Source: a virus (Duplodnaviria > Caudoviricetes). From it: a DNA stretch of 64,000 bases. Location of the stretch: IMG/VR virus record IMGVR_UViG_3300028920_000023. One strand, written 5' to 3'. The translations under genes and the position numbers were made by a program. Positions 36,383 to 58,245 of this stretch are shown here, piece by piece. How positions within the stretch are numbered: position 1 is the first letter of the stretch; each line of letters begins with the position of its first letter. The notes beneath the pieces were generated by a model. It saw only the letters and a list, made by a program, of their open reading frames with translations, did no database searches and was not told the DNA's origin.

Positions 36383-37480
36383 CTAAGGCATAAGTAAACA
36401 GAAAAAACCCATCACCGGTATCATGCAACCGCCTTCAACTGGGATGCTTATTTCCGGTTTCCAGAACGACCTAATATCACCAAAGATGCTCTTCGGAATA
36501 TATACCAGCAAGAAATCTGTTTTCTCCTTCCAGACCTCTAAATCTTTCCAAATACTTTCGGAAGGCTTGAAACTATAATCCAGAAATACAGCATCATAAT
36601 AATCTTCATCAAGCGGATGTACATCCGCATTTAGAAATTCAGCCAGTCTAGAATGTTGTTTAGAACAATGATAAGTGCAACCTTCTAATATACAACCAAT
36701 CATTTTGCTTCCATAATCAGTCCTAGGGTCGGCTATAGATTTACCGCTCAGACCGAATTCCCTAATAATCTTCCGGTATACAGTCGGACTAATGTAATTT
36801 ATATGTACAGACAAGGCTGAAAGCAACGACCCCCTAGTGACATCCTTACCCCTTCTCAATAGCTTATTAATGGCAGTCATAATCCTCATGCCGCCACTCA
36901 TTCTTTTATCGAACCTACTGACCCAATTGGTCAATGAAGCCATAACATACTTTCCTGGAACACCACGATTATCATAACAAGTTAAAATCCCCAAATAATT
37001 CCTATAAAGATGCTTATCTATATCGAATTCCAATATTCTTTTATAATCTTCTACTAGGATATCATGGGGATATTCTAAGTGCCTCCAGTTCTCCTTAATA
37101 TTATGAACTAATTCATTACAAATTATCCTCTGAGATGCAAAATTAGAACGTTTATAATCAGAACCAGATACCAGGAAAAATTCCTCGTATGTCTCAGCAT
37201 TTCCACCCAGAGGATCATATGGGAATTCATTCCTTAATATAAGATCCTCACCATCATAAGGATCATCCGGCAAATAATGCCTAACGATGGGCATAATATG
37301 ATCAGAGATATCGCAATCATGCCAGATCTCATAGACACCAGTCGTAAAGATCACCGACCAGTACCTATGGCGTAATCTGATGTTTCTTACAAGTGGATGT
37401 TCACGCAGACATGACAATAGGCGACGCGTATTGTTTCTTCTTCTCAGCAGTCTTAGGAGTCTTGGTTGCTCCAATGTCAT
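36383..37480 (-). CDS. degenerate DNA-methyltransferase-like protein (start uncertain)
   Basis: SPTVYRKIIREFG..SIADPRTDYGSKMIG resembles phage MTase xRPT.AK..DPxxGWGGRLxG, with the glycines lost. Confidence 0.45.
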   Translation of the reverse strand: MTLEQPRLLRLLRRRNNTRRLLSCLREHPLVRNIRLRHRYWSVIFTTGVYEIWHDCDISDHIMPIVRHYLPDDPYDGEDLILRNEFPYDPLGGNAETYEEFFLVSGSDYKRSNFASQRIICNELVHNIKENWRHLEYPHDILVEDYKRILEFDIDKHLYRNYLGILTCYDNRGVPGKYVMASLTNWVSRFDKRMSGGMRIMTAINKLLRRGKDVTRGSLLSALSVHINYISPTVYRKIIREFGLSGKSIADPRTDYGSKMIGCILEGCTYHCSKQHSRLAEFLNADVHPLDEDYYDAVFLDYSFKPSESIWKDLEVWKEKTDFLLVYIPKSIFGDIRSFWKPEISIPVEGGCMIPVMGFFCLLMP

Positions 37481-38048
37481 CTACGCCCCAGTTTTCATGT
37501 CTTTCTCGTATAGGTATCTGGAAACGCACCAACCAATAATAGAATCCGATATGACTAATGTTAGCCAATTTAGCACACTCGATAATAGAGAGTCCCATGG
37601 TAACATAATGATCTACGATCCATTCCTTATTACAACAAGGGTTCCTAGATTTAGTTACCTCGGGACCCCTCTTCGGGATATTGAACTGCTTGAGATAATA
37701 ATCCACACGCCAACAAGATCTCTTGATAATACGAGCAATCATATTCCTACTAATACCCTCCACAACATATTTCTGATAAAGCCATTCCCGCGTATGCCAT
37801 ACGCTCCTATCTTCCTCATGTATAATAGGCTTCGGCGGGTTTTTAGGACGTTTCTTAAATGGGCACTCTTCAAGGCCAACAGACCACCCCTTACAGGGAC
37901 GAGGTATCCCAGCAATTCTTTTCCATTTCCTAATCGTCCAGGCACTGCGACCAACAAGCTGAGCCTGTTCCATAGTCGTCAAATTTTCATATTCCTTAAA
38001 AAATTTTTTAAGGCTTCTAGGATCTGATGGTTGTGGCAACGGGATCAT
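37401..38048 (-). CDS. protein with three tandem HTH repeats
   Basis: LTTMEQAQLVGRSAWTIRKW; EWLYQKYVVEGISRNMIARII; EWIVDHYVTMGLSIIECAKLA. Confidence 0.7.
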   Translation of the reverse strand: MIPLPQPSDPRSLKKFFKEYENLTTMEQAQLVGRSAWTIRKWKRIAGIPRPCKGWSVGLEECPFKKRPKNPPKPIIHEEDRSVWHTREWLYQKYVVEGISRNMIARIIKRSCWRVDYYLKQFNIPKRGPEVTKSRNPCCNKEWIVDHYVTMGLSIIECAKLANISHIGFYYWLVRFQIPIRERHENWGVDDIGATKTPKTAEKKKQYASPIVMSA

Positions 38049-38848
38049 CTCGGCTCCTCCTCTTCGCCCTCTGGTTCCTCAAGTTCCTCAGGCTGCTCAG
38101 GTTCTAAGTCCATCTCCTCTGGTTCTTCCGGTTCTTCTTCCGGTCCCGGTTCAGCACCAGAAGCGAGATCAGCACGCTCCTCATCTCCCAAATCTGCGAT
38201 CTCTTTCTCAACACGCTTCTGATCAACCTCATCCTTCGCCTTCTCAGCAGTAGTATCGGGCTGGTCAGCCGGACCCTCTATAGAAGGCTCCTGTTCAGGC
38301 TCCTGCTCAGGCTCCGGGAATTCCAACTCAGCTTCTGGCTCTAATTCCGTAGGTGGTTTCTCTCTCGGCGAAATACCGCTAGGTGCCTTGGGTTTCTTCT
38401 TAAGCTCAGTCCTTCTCTGATCCAAACGATCAGCTCTCTCTGTGTCCCCAATATCACGCAATTCCTTCGGAGTCATAGTACGTAAAGTACCTGGGCTTAT
38501 AGCCTGAATTCTATCCAGTCTGTAGGTCCTATAAGCGCCCTTACCAGGAGGTTCCCCAAAAACATCCGGTAATAATCTACGTCCAGTCCAATACCTCCTC
38601 CTGAGATTTCTATCCTTCAGGATCTCAGGTAGATAATAACGCAGTTTCTTAATCTGATTATCGTTCAAATAATTTAGATTTATACCAGCCACTAGTACAT
38701 TTCTGGTATTAGGGTGGATCCAAGTACCAAGTTTTAGTACTTTAGGTTTAGGGTCCACATTAAAGTGCGTATAATCGAATTCATTTGTTCGACCATACCC
38801 TTCGGTGATGGGCAATATTTCAGCCTCGTGCAATAATGTTAACTTCAT
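38045..38848 (-). CDS. T4 gp2-like DNA end-protector with an acidic tail
   Basis: DPKPKVLKLG..LVAGINLNYL..AYRTYRLDRI; MKLTLLHE leader. Confidence 0.55.
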   Translation of the reverse strand: MKLTLLHEAEILPITEGYGRTNEFDYTHFNVDPKPKVLKLGTWIHPNTRNVLVAGINLNYLNDNQIKKLRYYLPEILKDRNLRRRYWTGRRLLPDVFGEPPGKGAYRTYRLDRIQAISPGTLRTMTPKELRDIGDTERADRLDQRRTELKKKPKAPSGISPREKPPTELEPEAELEFPEPEQEPEQEPSIEGPADQPDTTAEKAKDEVDQKRVEKEIADLGDEERADLASGAEPGPEEEPEEPEEMDLEPEQPEELEEPEGEEEEPR

Positions 38849-39189
38849 GTGGTAATTTCCGCCCAAGACGTATTGAAATCTGGGTTGTTGGTTGTTGGGG
38901 CTGAGGATAACAGTGCCTCCACATATTCGCCCTCATTTAAAACCAGAACCTCCCCAGCTTCACCAAATATGAAAGTGCTACCTGCATTAAGAGTTCCAGA
39001 CCATATTATGTACGAGGAAGAACCAGAAGCCACTCTAACTGTTAAAGTAACGGTAGCTGTATCCTTGTTATAGACACCCATGTACCTCACGGCACTTCGT
39101 GAAGTACCAGTCCCCGTAGGAGAAGGGACAATCGTCACAGGTGTACTACCGTTTAGTACACCCCTATCACCAAATTCTTCAAAGGCCAT
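38845..39189 (-). CDS. small beta-sandwich virion protein downstream of the fibre gene
   Basis: VYNKDTATVTLTV..LVLNEGEYVEAL pattern. Confidence 0.6.
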   Translation of the reverse strand: MAFEEFGDRGVLNGSTPVTIVPSPTGTGTSRSAVRYMGVYNKDTATVTLTVRVASGSSSYIIWSGTLNAGSTFIFGEAGEVLVLNEGEYVEALLSSAPTTNNPDFNTSWAEITT

Positions 39190-39204
39190 AACTTCTCTCC
39201 ATGA

Positions 39205-51287
<12,083 letters not shown>

Positions 51288-51301
<14 letters not shown>

Positions 51302-52292
51302 TCTCTCTTACATCAGCATTCAACAAAATACGTTCCCTCTCAGCGAGCCTAAGATCCCCATTAATCATCTCAGTAACAAGATCATTAAAAGAAAACTCCG
51401 GAACCCACCCAAGAACCCGTTTAATCTTAGAAGCATCACCACGCAACTCAGGAACCTCAGTAGGTCTCAAATATCGCTCATCAAATCTCACATAATCCCG
51501 CCAATCATAAATACCAACCCTCTCAAAAGCAGCAGTAAGAAAATCCCTAACAGAATAACAAGTACCAGTAGCAACAACATAATCATCAGGAACATCATGC
51601 TGTAACATCAAATGCATCGCACGAACATAATCACCAGCATGGCCCCAGTCTCTCTTAGCATCTAAATTACCCAAAGTAATATGATCCTGTAAACCATACT
51701 TAATCCTAGTAACAGCACGCGTAATCTTACGCGTTACAAAAGTCTCACCGCGCCTTTGCGACTCATGATTAAACAAAATACCATTGCAAGCAAACATTCC
51801 ATACGCTTCACGATAATTGACCACCTGATTAAAAGCACAGGCCTTAGCACAAGCATAAGGACTCCTAGGCCTAAACGGAGTATCCTCATTCTGAGGAACA
51901 GGCATATCCCCATACATCTCACTAGAACTAGCTTGATAAATCTTAGACTTAAGACCCAACCGCCTAACCGCTTCCAAAATATTCAAAGTACCAACAGCAA
52001 TAGTCTCATGACAATACACAGGCTGATCGAAAGAAATCCTCACATGTGATAAAGCACCCAGATTATAAATCTCATCTGGTCTACAAGAATTAATAATACT
52101 AATTATACTACTAGAGTCTGTTAGATCACCATAATGCAGCTGTAATTTATCAAGAATATGATCAATACGGTCAGTGTTAAAAGAGGAACTTCTCCTCTTT
52201 AGGCCATGAACTTCATAACCCTTCTCAAGCAGATATTCACTCAAATAAGAACCATCTTGACCAGTAATTCCAGTAATAAGAGCAATCTTCAT
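51288..52292 (-). CDS. gmd: GDP-mannose 4,6-dehydratase
   Basis: [82 protein letters not shown]. Confidence 0.97.
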
Positions 52293-52297
52293 AGTAT

Positions 52298-52330
52298 TCT
52301 CCAAGAGTTTATAATACTTACTCTTGGAGA
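52298..52330 (-). promoter_or_regulatory. perfect 11-bp hairpin covering the gmd SD
   Basis: TCTCCAAGAGT/ACTCTTGGAGA; minus-strand loop AAGTATTATAA. Confidence 0.75.
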
Positions 52331-52339
52331 TGACTGACC

Positions 52340-52651
52340 TTAAGGGTTGGCAACAGTTACAGCGACCCTTAAGTTAGGGCCAGCTCTCTTTAAGCGATCC
52401 GCAATAAGCTCTGCTCTCTCCAGATGACATTCCGCAACCACGGTTATGTCGTCCATTACCTCTCGTGCCACATCCAGAGCGAAGTCGGGTTTAAAACCAA
52501 TATCGGTTAGTGCTTTAAAGACATATTCTGGATCTTTATACTTACCTAGGATAACGTATGCTATCTTGACTTTCACGTTCTTATACTTCTCATCGTGCTT
52601 TCTGATGATCTTCTCCACTTCGTCTATTTTCTGTATCTTTTTGCGTCTCAT
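52340..52651 (-). CDS. ClpS-like adaptor-fold protein lacking the NDD pocket
   Basis: [32 protein letters not shown]; GGAGG SD. Confidence 0.5.
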   Translation of the reverse strand: MRRKKIQKIDEVEKIIRKHDEKYKNVKVKIAYVILGKYKDPEYVFKALTDIGFKPDFALDVAREVMDDITVVAECHLERAELIADRLKRAGPNLRVAVTVANP

Positions 52652-52663
52652 GATGTCGTTCCT

Positions 52664-52704
52664 CCTTTTTCTGTTATATCGCATAGATAAATAACAGAAA
52701 ATGG
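52664..52704. promoter_or_regulatory. divergent control region: 11-bp inverted repeat containing GATAAATA (+) and TTTCTG-N16-TATAAC (-)
   Basis: TTTTCTGTTAT (52667-77)/ATAACAGAAAA (52691-701). Confidence 0.6.
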
Positions 52705-52712
52705 GAATAATA

Positions 52713-53753
52713 ATGAAACTACCCAAGAAAATATTATTCACCAATTATCAAGCCCCTGGCGACGTTCTGGTACTCACAGCTACCATCAGAGACCTCCATA
52801 GAAAGTATCCAAACAAATATCTAACCGACGTAGACACCACAGCAATGCAGATCTGGGAAAACAACCCCCACATAACCAAACTGGACTGGACCAAAGAAAA
52901 CGAAACAATCAAAACACACGAAAATATCAAAATCATAAACTGTAAATACCCACTCATAGACCAATCCAACACCGCACCATACCACTTCCTACACGCATTT
53001 GCACAATACATCGAAACCAAACTCAGAATCAAAATACCCCTAACAGAAGCAAAAGGGGACATCCACCTATCCGAAGAAGAAAAGAACTGGATCTCACAAG
53101 CAAAAGAAAAAGGCATCGAGAACAACTTCTGGATCGTAATAGCAGGCGGAAAATATGACTTCACCGCAAAATGGTATCCACCAGAACGACACCAACATAT
53201 CATCAACTATTTCAAAGACAAAATAACATTCATACAATGTGGAGAAAGCCACGGACCGCCACTAGACCAAAACGGAAACAAAACAAACAACCACTTCCAC
53301 CCACAACTCAAAAACGTAGTAGATCTAAGAGGGCAAACAGATATACGACAATTCATACGACTAATGTACCACGCCTCCGGAGTCCTCTGCCCAGTCACTT
53401 TCGCAATGCATCTAGCGGCCGCCGTAGAGACCAAAACAGGACCAAAAAACAGACCCTGTGTCGTAATAGCAGGCGGAAGAGAACCAATGCAATGGGAAGC
53501 CTACCCACACCACCAATACATACACAAAAACGGCTGTCTCCCATGCTGCGAACAAGGCGGATGCTGGAAATCAAGATGCCAACTAATTGGCGATAAAGAC
53601 GAAAAAGACACCGAGAACGTCTGCGAAAACTACACACAAATAACACCAAACTTCAGAATACCAAGGTGTATGGACATGATCCACACCGGCGAAGTAATAC
53701 GTAGAATAGAATCATACTACGAGGGAGGAGCACTACGATATGATCAACACTGA
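52713..53753 (+). CDS. GT9 ADP-heptose:LPS heptosyltransferase-like protein
   Basis: QAPGDVLVLTATIRDLH, AGGKYDFTAKW, DLRGQTDIRQFIRLMYHA..VTFAMHLAAA. Confidence 0.82.
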   Translation: MKLPKKILFTNYQAPGDVLVLTATIRDLHRKYPNKYLTDVDTTAMQIWENNPHITKLDWTKENETIKTHENIKIINCKYPLIDQSNTAPYHFLHAFAQYIETKLRIKIPLTEAKGDIHLSEEEKNWISQAKEKGIENNFWIVIAGGKYDFTAKWYPPERHQHIINYFKDKITFIQCGESHGPPLDQNGNKTNNHFHPQLKNVVDLRGQTDIRQFIRLMYHASGVLCPVTFAMHLAAAVETKTGPKNRPCVVIAGGREPMQWEAYPHHQYIHKNGCLPCCEQGGCWKSRCQLIGDKDEKDTENVCENYTQITPNFRIPRCMDMIHTGEVIRRIESYYEGGALRYDQH

Positions 53754-54165
53754 AGAATTATACAAAAAACTGTCCAGCAATGACCCAATAATCAAATCAA
53801 AAGCTGTAGAAGAATTCAAAAACCTCAGCATAAGAGAAAGGAACATATTCATCGCAGAAGTAGACGGAGGACTAACCAAAATATCCGAGCTAATCGCTGA
53901 ACGAAAACCACCAGACACAAGCAACATACAATTGAAAAAACAGAGAATCGTCAAAAGACGCCAACCACCACCCCCACCAACAGTAGAAAAGACCATAGAG
54001 AGAGGCACTTTCTATAAGTTCCTAAAGAGCAAACAATGGGAACCTACAATAAATAATTGCTCTAAACATCCCAAAGATCTCGCCTTAGTCATAGAACAAA
54101 AAACACAATTCTGCTTAGGATGCGCAGTAGAAGCCAACAAACTCTGGAAAGAAATGAACCAATAA
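53740..54165 (+). CDS. hypothetical basic/Pro-rich protein with a C-terminal Cys cluster
   Basis: RQPPPPPT; CSKH..FCLGC; coupled in the operon. Confidence 0.6.
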   Translation: MINTEELYKKLSSNDPIIKSKAVEEFKNLSIRERNIFIAEVDGGLTKISELIAERKPPDTSNIQLKKQRIVKRRQPPPPPTVEKTIERGTFYKFLKSKQWEPTINNCSKHPKDLALVIEQKTQFCLGCAVEANKLWKEMNQ

Positions 54166-55256
54166 TGCACATCGGAATATTCTCAAAATTAGGCGCAGCT
54201 GGAGGATCGGAACACAGATGCGCAGAAATGGCCAACTCGATAGTACGATACACAGGACATACCGTAACCCTATTATGCGAAAAAGAATTAAACGAAAGAA
54301 TAAAGAACCTGCTAGACAACAAAGTCAACATAGCACTCCACGTCCTAGGAGAATACGGACACAACCGAAACCTCCTACACGAAGTAGACTCCCTACTAAT
54401 AGTAAACAGCGACAGCTACTCATTCAGTAAACCAGAATACTGGCATGGCAAAGCCATGAACAAAGACAAACCACACCACACCTTCGACATAGACCCAGCC
54501 AAAATCCGACAGATGGTCTTCCTATACAACTTCGTAGTAAGCCCAGCACAAAATCTCAAAAAATTATACCAAGAATGTCCAGATGTAAGAATCATATGCG
54601 CCAACAAACGTTTCTTCGATGAAATAAGCACCAAAGACAAATTCAAAGGAATGAGACACCTACCAAGAACAACACTAGACTCTCCCATATGCCCACAAAG
54701 CGTATCGACAGCCAAATACCCATCGGAACAAATCAGAATAGGCAAACATTCCCTAGCACATGGATATAAATTCAACAAAGAACACCAAAAATTAATCGAG
54801 AGGATAAACGAAAAGTATAGTCATAAGGTCATCTGGGACTTCATGGGAGTGCCAAAAGACCGCATTAAAGAATTATCCAGAATACCAAACGTCATAATTC
54901 GTGAAGCATTCTCAAAATCTGTAAAAGAATACCTAATGGGTATAGATATCTTTCTCTTTTTCATAGATTGGGGAAGAACAGAACCATGGTCTAGGGCAGT
55001 AGCAGAGGCCATGATGAGCGGCACACCAGTAATAGCCACAGACAAAGCCGGCAATAGAGACCAAGTCATCAGCGGGAATAACGGGTTCCTATGCAACACC
55101 GTAGACCAAATGTTCGACAGTATAAGCTTTTTAATAGAAAACCCAGAAATACGCAAAACCATGGGTCTAAACAACCACATCTATTCCCAGAGATTCACAA
55201 GCCAAAAAATAATCAACAACTACCTAGACTTCATAACCACCAAAAAACATACATAA
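54165..55256 (+). CDS. GT4 (group 1) glycosyltransferase
   Basis: GAAGGSEHRC; IDIFLF..EPWSRAVAEAMMSGTPVIATDKAGNRDQV..NGFLC. Confidence 0.85.
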   Translation: MHIGIFSKLGAAGGSEHRCAEMANSIVRYTGHTVTLLCEKELNERIKNLLDNKVNIALHVLGEYGHNRNLLHEVDSLLIVNSDSYSFSKPEYWHGKAMNKDKPHHTFDIDPAKIRQMVFLYNFVVSPAQNLKKLYQECPDVRIICANKRFFDEISTKDKFKGMRHLPRTTLDSPICPQSVSTAKYPSEQIRIGKHSLAHGYKFNKEHQKLIERINEKYSHKVIWDFMGVPKDRIKELSRIPNVIIREAFSKSVKEYLMGIDIFLFFIDWGRTEPWSRAVAEAMMSGTPVIATDKAGNRDQVISGNNGFLCNTVDQMFDSISFLIENPEIRKTMGLNNHIYSQRFTSQKIINNYLDFITTKKHT

Positions 55257-56011
55257 TCACCGCATGCGGAGAAAAACACACCGCACGAATCAACCCATGT
55301 ATACAAGCACTCAAAAAATACACCACAGCCGATATCATAATAATCACCTCAAGATCAACCCAACATATCAACCACGACCAAATAATTCGACATACAATCC
55401 CGGACAAATATGACGATGCACAAGCCAGTAGAATCCTAAAAACCGGAATACAGAAAATCATATCACTAACAGAAACATACTGCTATATGGATACAGACAT
55501 ATTCGCAGTAGACCAGGAAGCAGACGAAATATTCACACACAGAAAAGGAATCATAAACTTCGCCAAAGACCCAGGAAAAACAGTCAAAAAATTCTCCAAA
55601 TATGCCACCAAAATACCCCTAACACAAGCAATAAAAGAAAAATTCAACCTAGATATACCAGAAAAATGGCAAATATGGAACGGAGGACTATTCCTATTTG
55701 ACAAACACTCAATACCATTCCTCAATACCTGGCACCAATTCACCCTAGACACATTCCAAGACCCCATCTGGAAAACAAGAGACCAAGGAGCACTAATAGC
55801 AGCAGTATGGAAACACGGACTACAAAACAACGACACAATACCCAGAGAATACAACTGGCTACATAAACTACAAAGCGGACTAAAAAACCTACCAAACGGA
55901 TTCAGAACCAAAAAAGGCCAAAAAATCAAATTCCTACACTTCCCAGTATCCTATGGAGACACCAAATCAGAAACCTGGAATAATCTACAAAAAATACTTA
56001 ATCAAGCCTAA
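55091..56011 (+). CDS. GT8-like glycosyltransferase; the domain begins at ~55247 without a nearby start codon
   Basis: CYMDTDIF (DxD), WNGGLFLF, DQGAL, YNW, FLHF. Confidence 0.7.
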   Translation: MQHRRPNVRQYKLFNRKPRNTQNHGSKQPHLFPEIHKPKNNQQLPRLHNHQKTYIITACGEKHTARINPCIQALKKYTTADIIIITSRSTQHINHDQIIRHTIPDKYDDAQASRILKTGIQKIISLTETYCYMDTDIFAVDQEADEIFTHRKGIINFAKDPGKTVKKFSKYATKIPLTQAIKEKFNLDIPEKWQIWNGGLFLFDKHSIPFLNTWHQFTLDTFQDPIWKTRDQGALIAAVWKHGLQNNDTIPREYNWLHKLQSGLKNLPNGFRTKKGQKIKFLHFPVSYGDTKSETWNNLQKILNQA

Positions 56012-56879
56012 TATTTCATGCCATGTACATATATTCATGATCACATTATACCACAATCTTAAAAATGACGGATGGCATGTCAGATTATTCAGCGAGATAC
56101 TCGGCTTAGTTGAAACATCCAAAGAAATAATTACGCCTACTCTCAAGATCGGCGAAGACATAATAAAGATCAAGAGATTTGTAATTTTTCAGAAAGACGA
56201 AGAATATTATATAATAGAATTCCAAGATCAAGTCAATCCAAAGAAATTATCAGTTAGACACTTCATAAAAAATGAAGCTATCAAGATCGTGCTCAAATGC
56301 ATGTATCGAGATAACTTATATCAATGGGACAAAATCAGACCATTCTTGTACTTTGAAAAAGACCCACATATTTGGCAGAAGCACCTAGGATACCTCAGAT
56401 CAGGCCCAAGGAATGTACCAAAATTATACTTCCGTGGTACCTCGGGATTTGGAAATAGGAAAAACGTCCTCAAAAAATTAAGAATACTAAACCCAAGCCA
56501 AAAGAAAATAGGACTAAACCAATACATAGAAGAATGTAGACAACATATTATGGCCTTATCCCTGCCAGGAGTAGCCAATACCTGTCATAGAGAAATAGAA
56601 ATGTTCGGGGCCGGAATCCCGGTCCTAATGCCCAGACAAAAAACCGCATTCTACGACCCACTAATACCAAATTACCATTACATCTCAGTAGATGTTGACG
56701 CCAAACAGGACGCTACTGACACAATCGTATCTAAAATAACCAAAAGATTTTTGGAAACATATAAAAACGAGGCCTTGCTGCACGACATCAGAAAAAACGC
56801 TCTGGAATGGTACGATAGGAATATACTAGTTGGGAACAGAAGCAAAATAACTTTACGATTACTGGGTTTAAATGGATAA
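55953..56879 (+). CDS. GT-B (exostosin/GT47- or GT90-like) glycosyltransferase, start uncertain
   Basis: LYFRGT..NRK; YIEE..ALSLPGVANTCHREIEMFGAGIPVL. Confidence 0.65.
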   Translation: METPNQKPGIIYKKYLIKPNISCHVHIFMITLYHNLKNDGWHVRLFSEILGLVETSKEIITPTLKIGEDIIKIKRFVIFQKDEEYYIIEFQDQVNPKKLSVRHFIKNEAIKIVLKCMYRDNLYQWDKIRPFLYFEKDPHIWQKHLGYLRSGPRNVPKLYFRGTSGFGNRKNVLKKLRILNPSQKKIGLNQYIEECRQHIMALSLPGVANTCHREIEMFGAGIPVLMPRQKTAFYDPLIPNYHYISVDVDAKQDATDTIVSKITKRFLETYKNEALLHDIRKNALEWYDRNILVGNRSKITLRLLGLNG

Positions 56880-58245
56880 ATTCAGAAGAAAACTCCAAAT
56901 ATTACAACATAAAAAACAGGGGGCACCACTTCCGCCAACCAAAAAAGAATATATACCACCAGTACAACAGCAGCTGAGCATTTCCTTATGCTGCACATGT
57001 AAGGGAAGAAAAGAACAACTAGGATATACGGTACCTAGCAATCTTGAGATCATCAAAGATGACCAAGATATAGAATATATCCTGTTAGATTATGATAGCC
57101 CAGATAACCTCAAAGAGTTCGCCCAGAGATATCCACAACTGAAATATTATAGAATAAATGATAGACCATACTTCCACCATAGCGAAGCCAAAAATTTTGC
57201 ACATGCGCAGGCATCAAATGCAATTGTAATTAATATAGATTCCGAGACATATTTCACTAAAAAATTCATTGATAAAGTAAGAACAGAATTCACTAAGAAT
57301 ATAAACATTATATTACATTGCGACCGCCATGGGGTTATCGCGTTAAGCAGAGAAAACTTCCAGAAACTAAATGGATATGATACAAGATTCATAGGATGGG
57401 GCTCAGAGGATAATGATTTAGTCAACAGAGCCAGGAATCTAGGATTAAGACATAAAAAATTAAGAGGAAAAGAATATACCAGCTACCATGATCACAAAGA
57501 CAAAGTAAGAAACAGATTCACCATAATACCAAAACACCTTTCCTATCCGGCAAACAAAGAAATCCTTAAACAAAACGAAAGAAATAAAATAACAAGAGTA
57601 GAAAATAAACCAATATTCAGAAACAATAACCCAATGAGGTTCGTAATCGTTGTAGGCCTACCAAGATCCGGAACCAGCTGCGTAGCAGGGACCATCGAAA
57701 AACTTGGTATAGCTTTCAGCCCAAGCATGTATGGACCCAAACAAAACAACCAAAAAGGATTCTACGAGTGCGTAGTTCTGGCCAATGTTTGCCATAGGTG
57801 CGTAGCACAACCAAGTTTGGAATATAGAGTAAGTATCGAAAGCCGCAAAAAGAACTTGTTAGAATTGTATAAGTATTATAGATTCGGTATCGATAATAAC
57901 AGGACAGTGGGTATGAAGCATCCTCTTCTTACGATGATGCTCCCGGAAGCTGAGTATATCTTCGGGAATATCATATGGGTTAATGTGATAAGGCCGCTGG
58001 ATAAGATCAAACAGTCAGCTATCAGCGTGGGTTATTTTGGGAGCAAATCAGAGACTATAGCTATGCTGGATAATATGAATGCGGAACGGAATCACCAGAT
58101 GGATAAGAGGGAACATTTGGATGTATATTATGAGAGGTTGTTGCGGAGGCCAGAAGAGGAAATAGAGCGTATTGCTAATTATCTTGGAACAAATATGAAT
58201 ATGAGAGCGTTAGAATTTGTGGATGATAAATTAAGGCATTTCTAA
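56872..58245 (+). CDS. GT2/GT7C glycosyltransferase fused to a sulfotransferase domain
   Basis: NIDSE..LNGYDTRFIGWGSEDNDL; VVGLPRSGTS..KGFYE..MKHP..YYERLL..ERIANYLG. Confidence 0.85.
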   Translation: MDKFRRKLQILQHKKQGAPLPPTKKEYIPPVQQQLSISLCCTCKGRKEQLGYTVPSNLEIIKDDQDIEYILLDYDSPDNLKEFAQRYPQLKYYRINDRPYFHHSEAKNFAHAQASNAIVINIDSETYFTKKFIDKVRTEFTKNINIILHCDRHGVIALSRENFQKLNGYDTRFIGWGSEDNDLVNRARNLGLRHKKLRGKEYTSYHDHKDKVRNRFTIIPKHLSYPANKEILKQNERNKITRVENKPIFRNNNPMRFVIVVGLPRSGTSCVAGTIEKLGIAFSPSMYGPKQNNQKGFYECVVLANVCHRCVAQPSLEYRVSIESRKKNLLELYKYYRFGIDNNRTVGMKHPLLTMMLPEAEYIFGNIIWVNVIRPLDKIKQSAISVGYFGSKSETIAMLDNMNAERNHQMDKREHLDVYYERLLRRPEEEIERIANYLGTNMNMRALEFVDDKLRHF

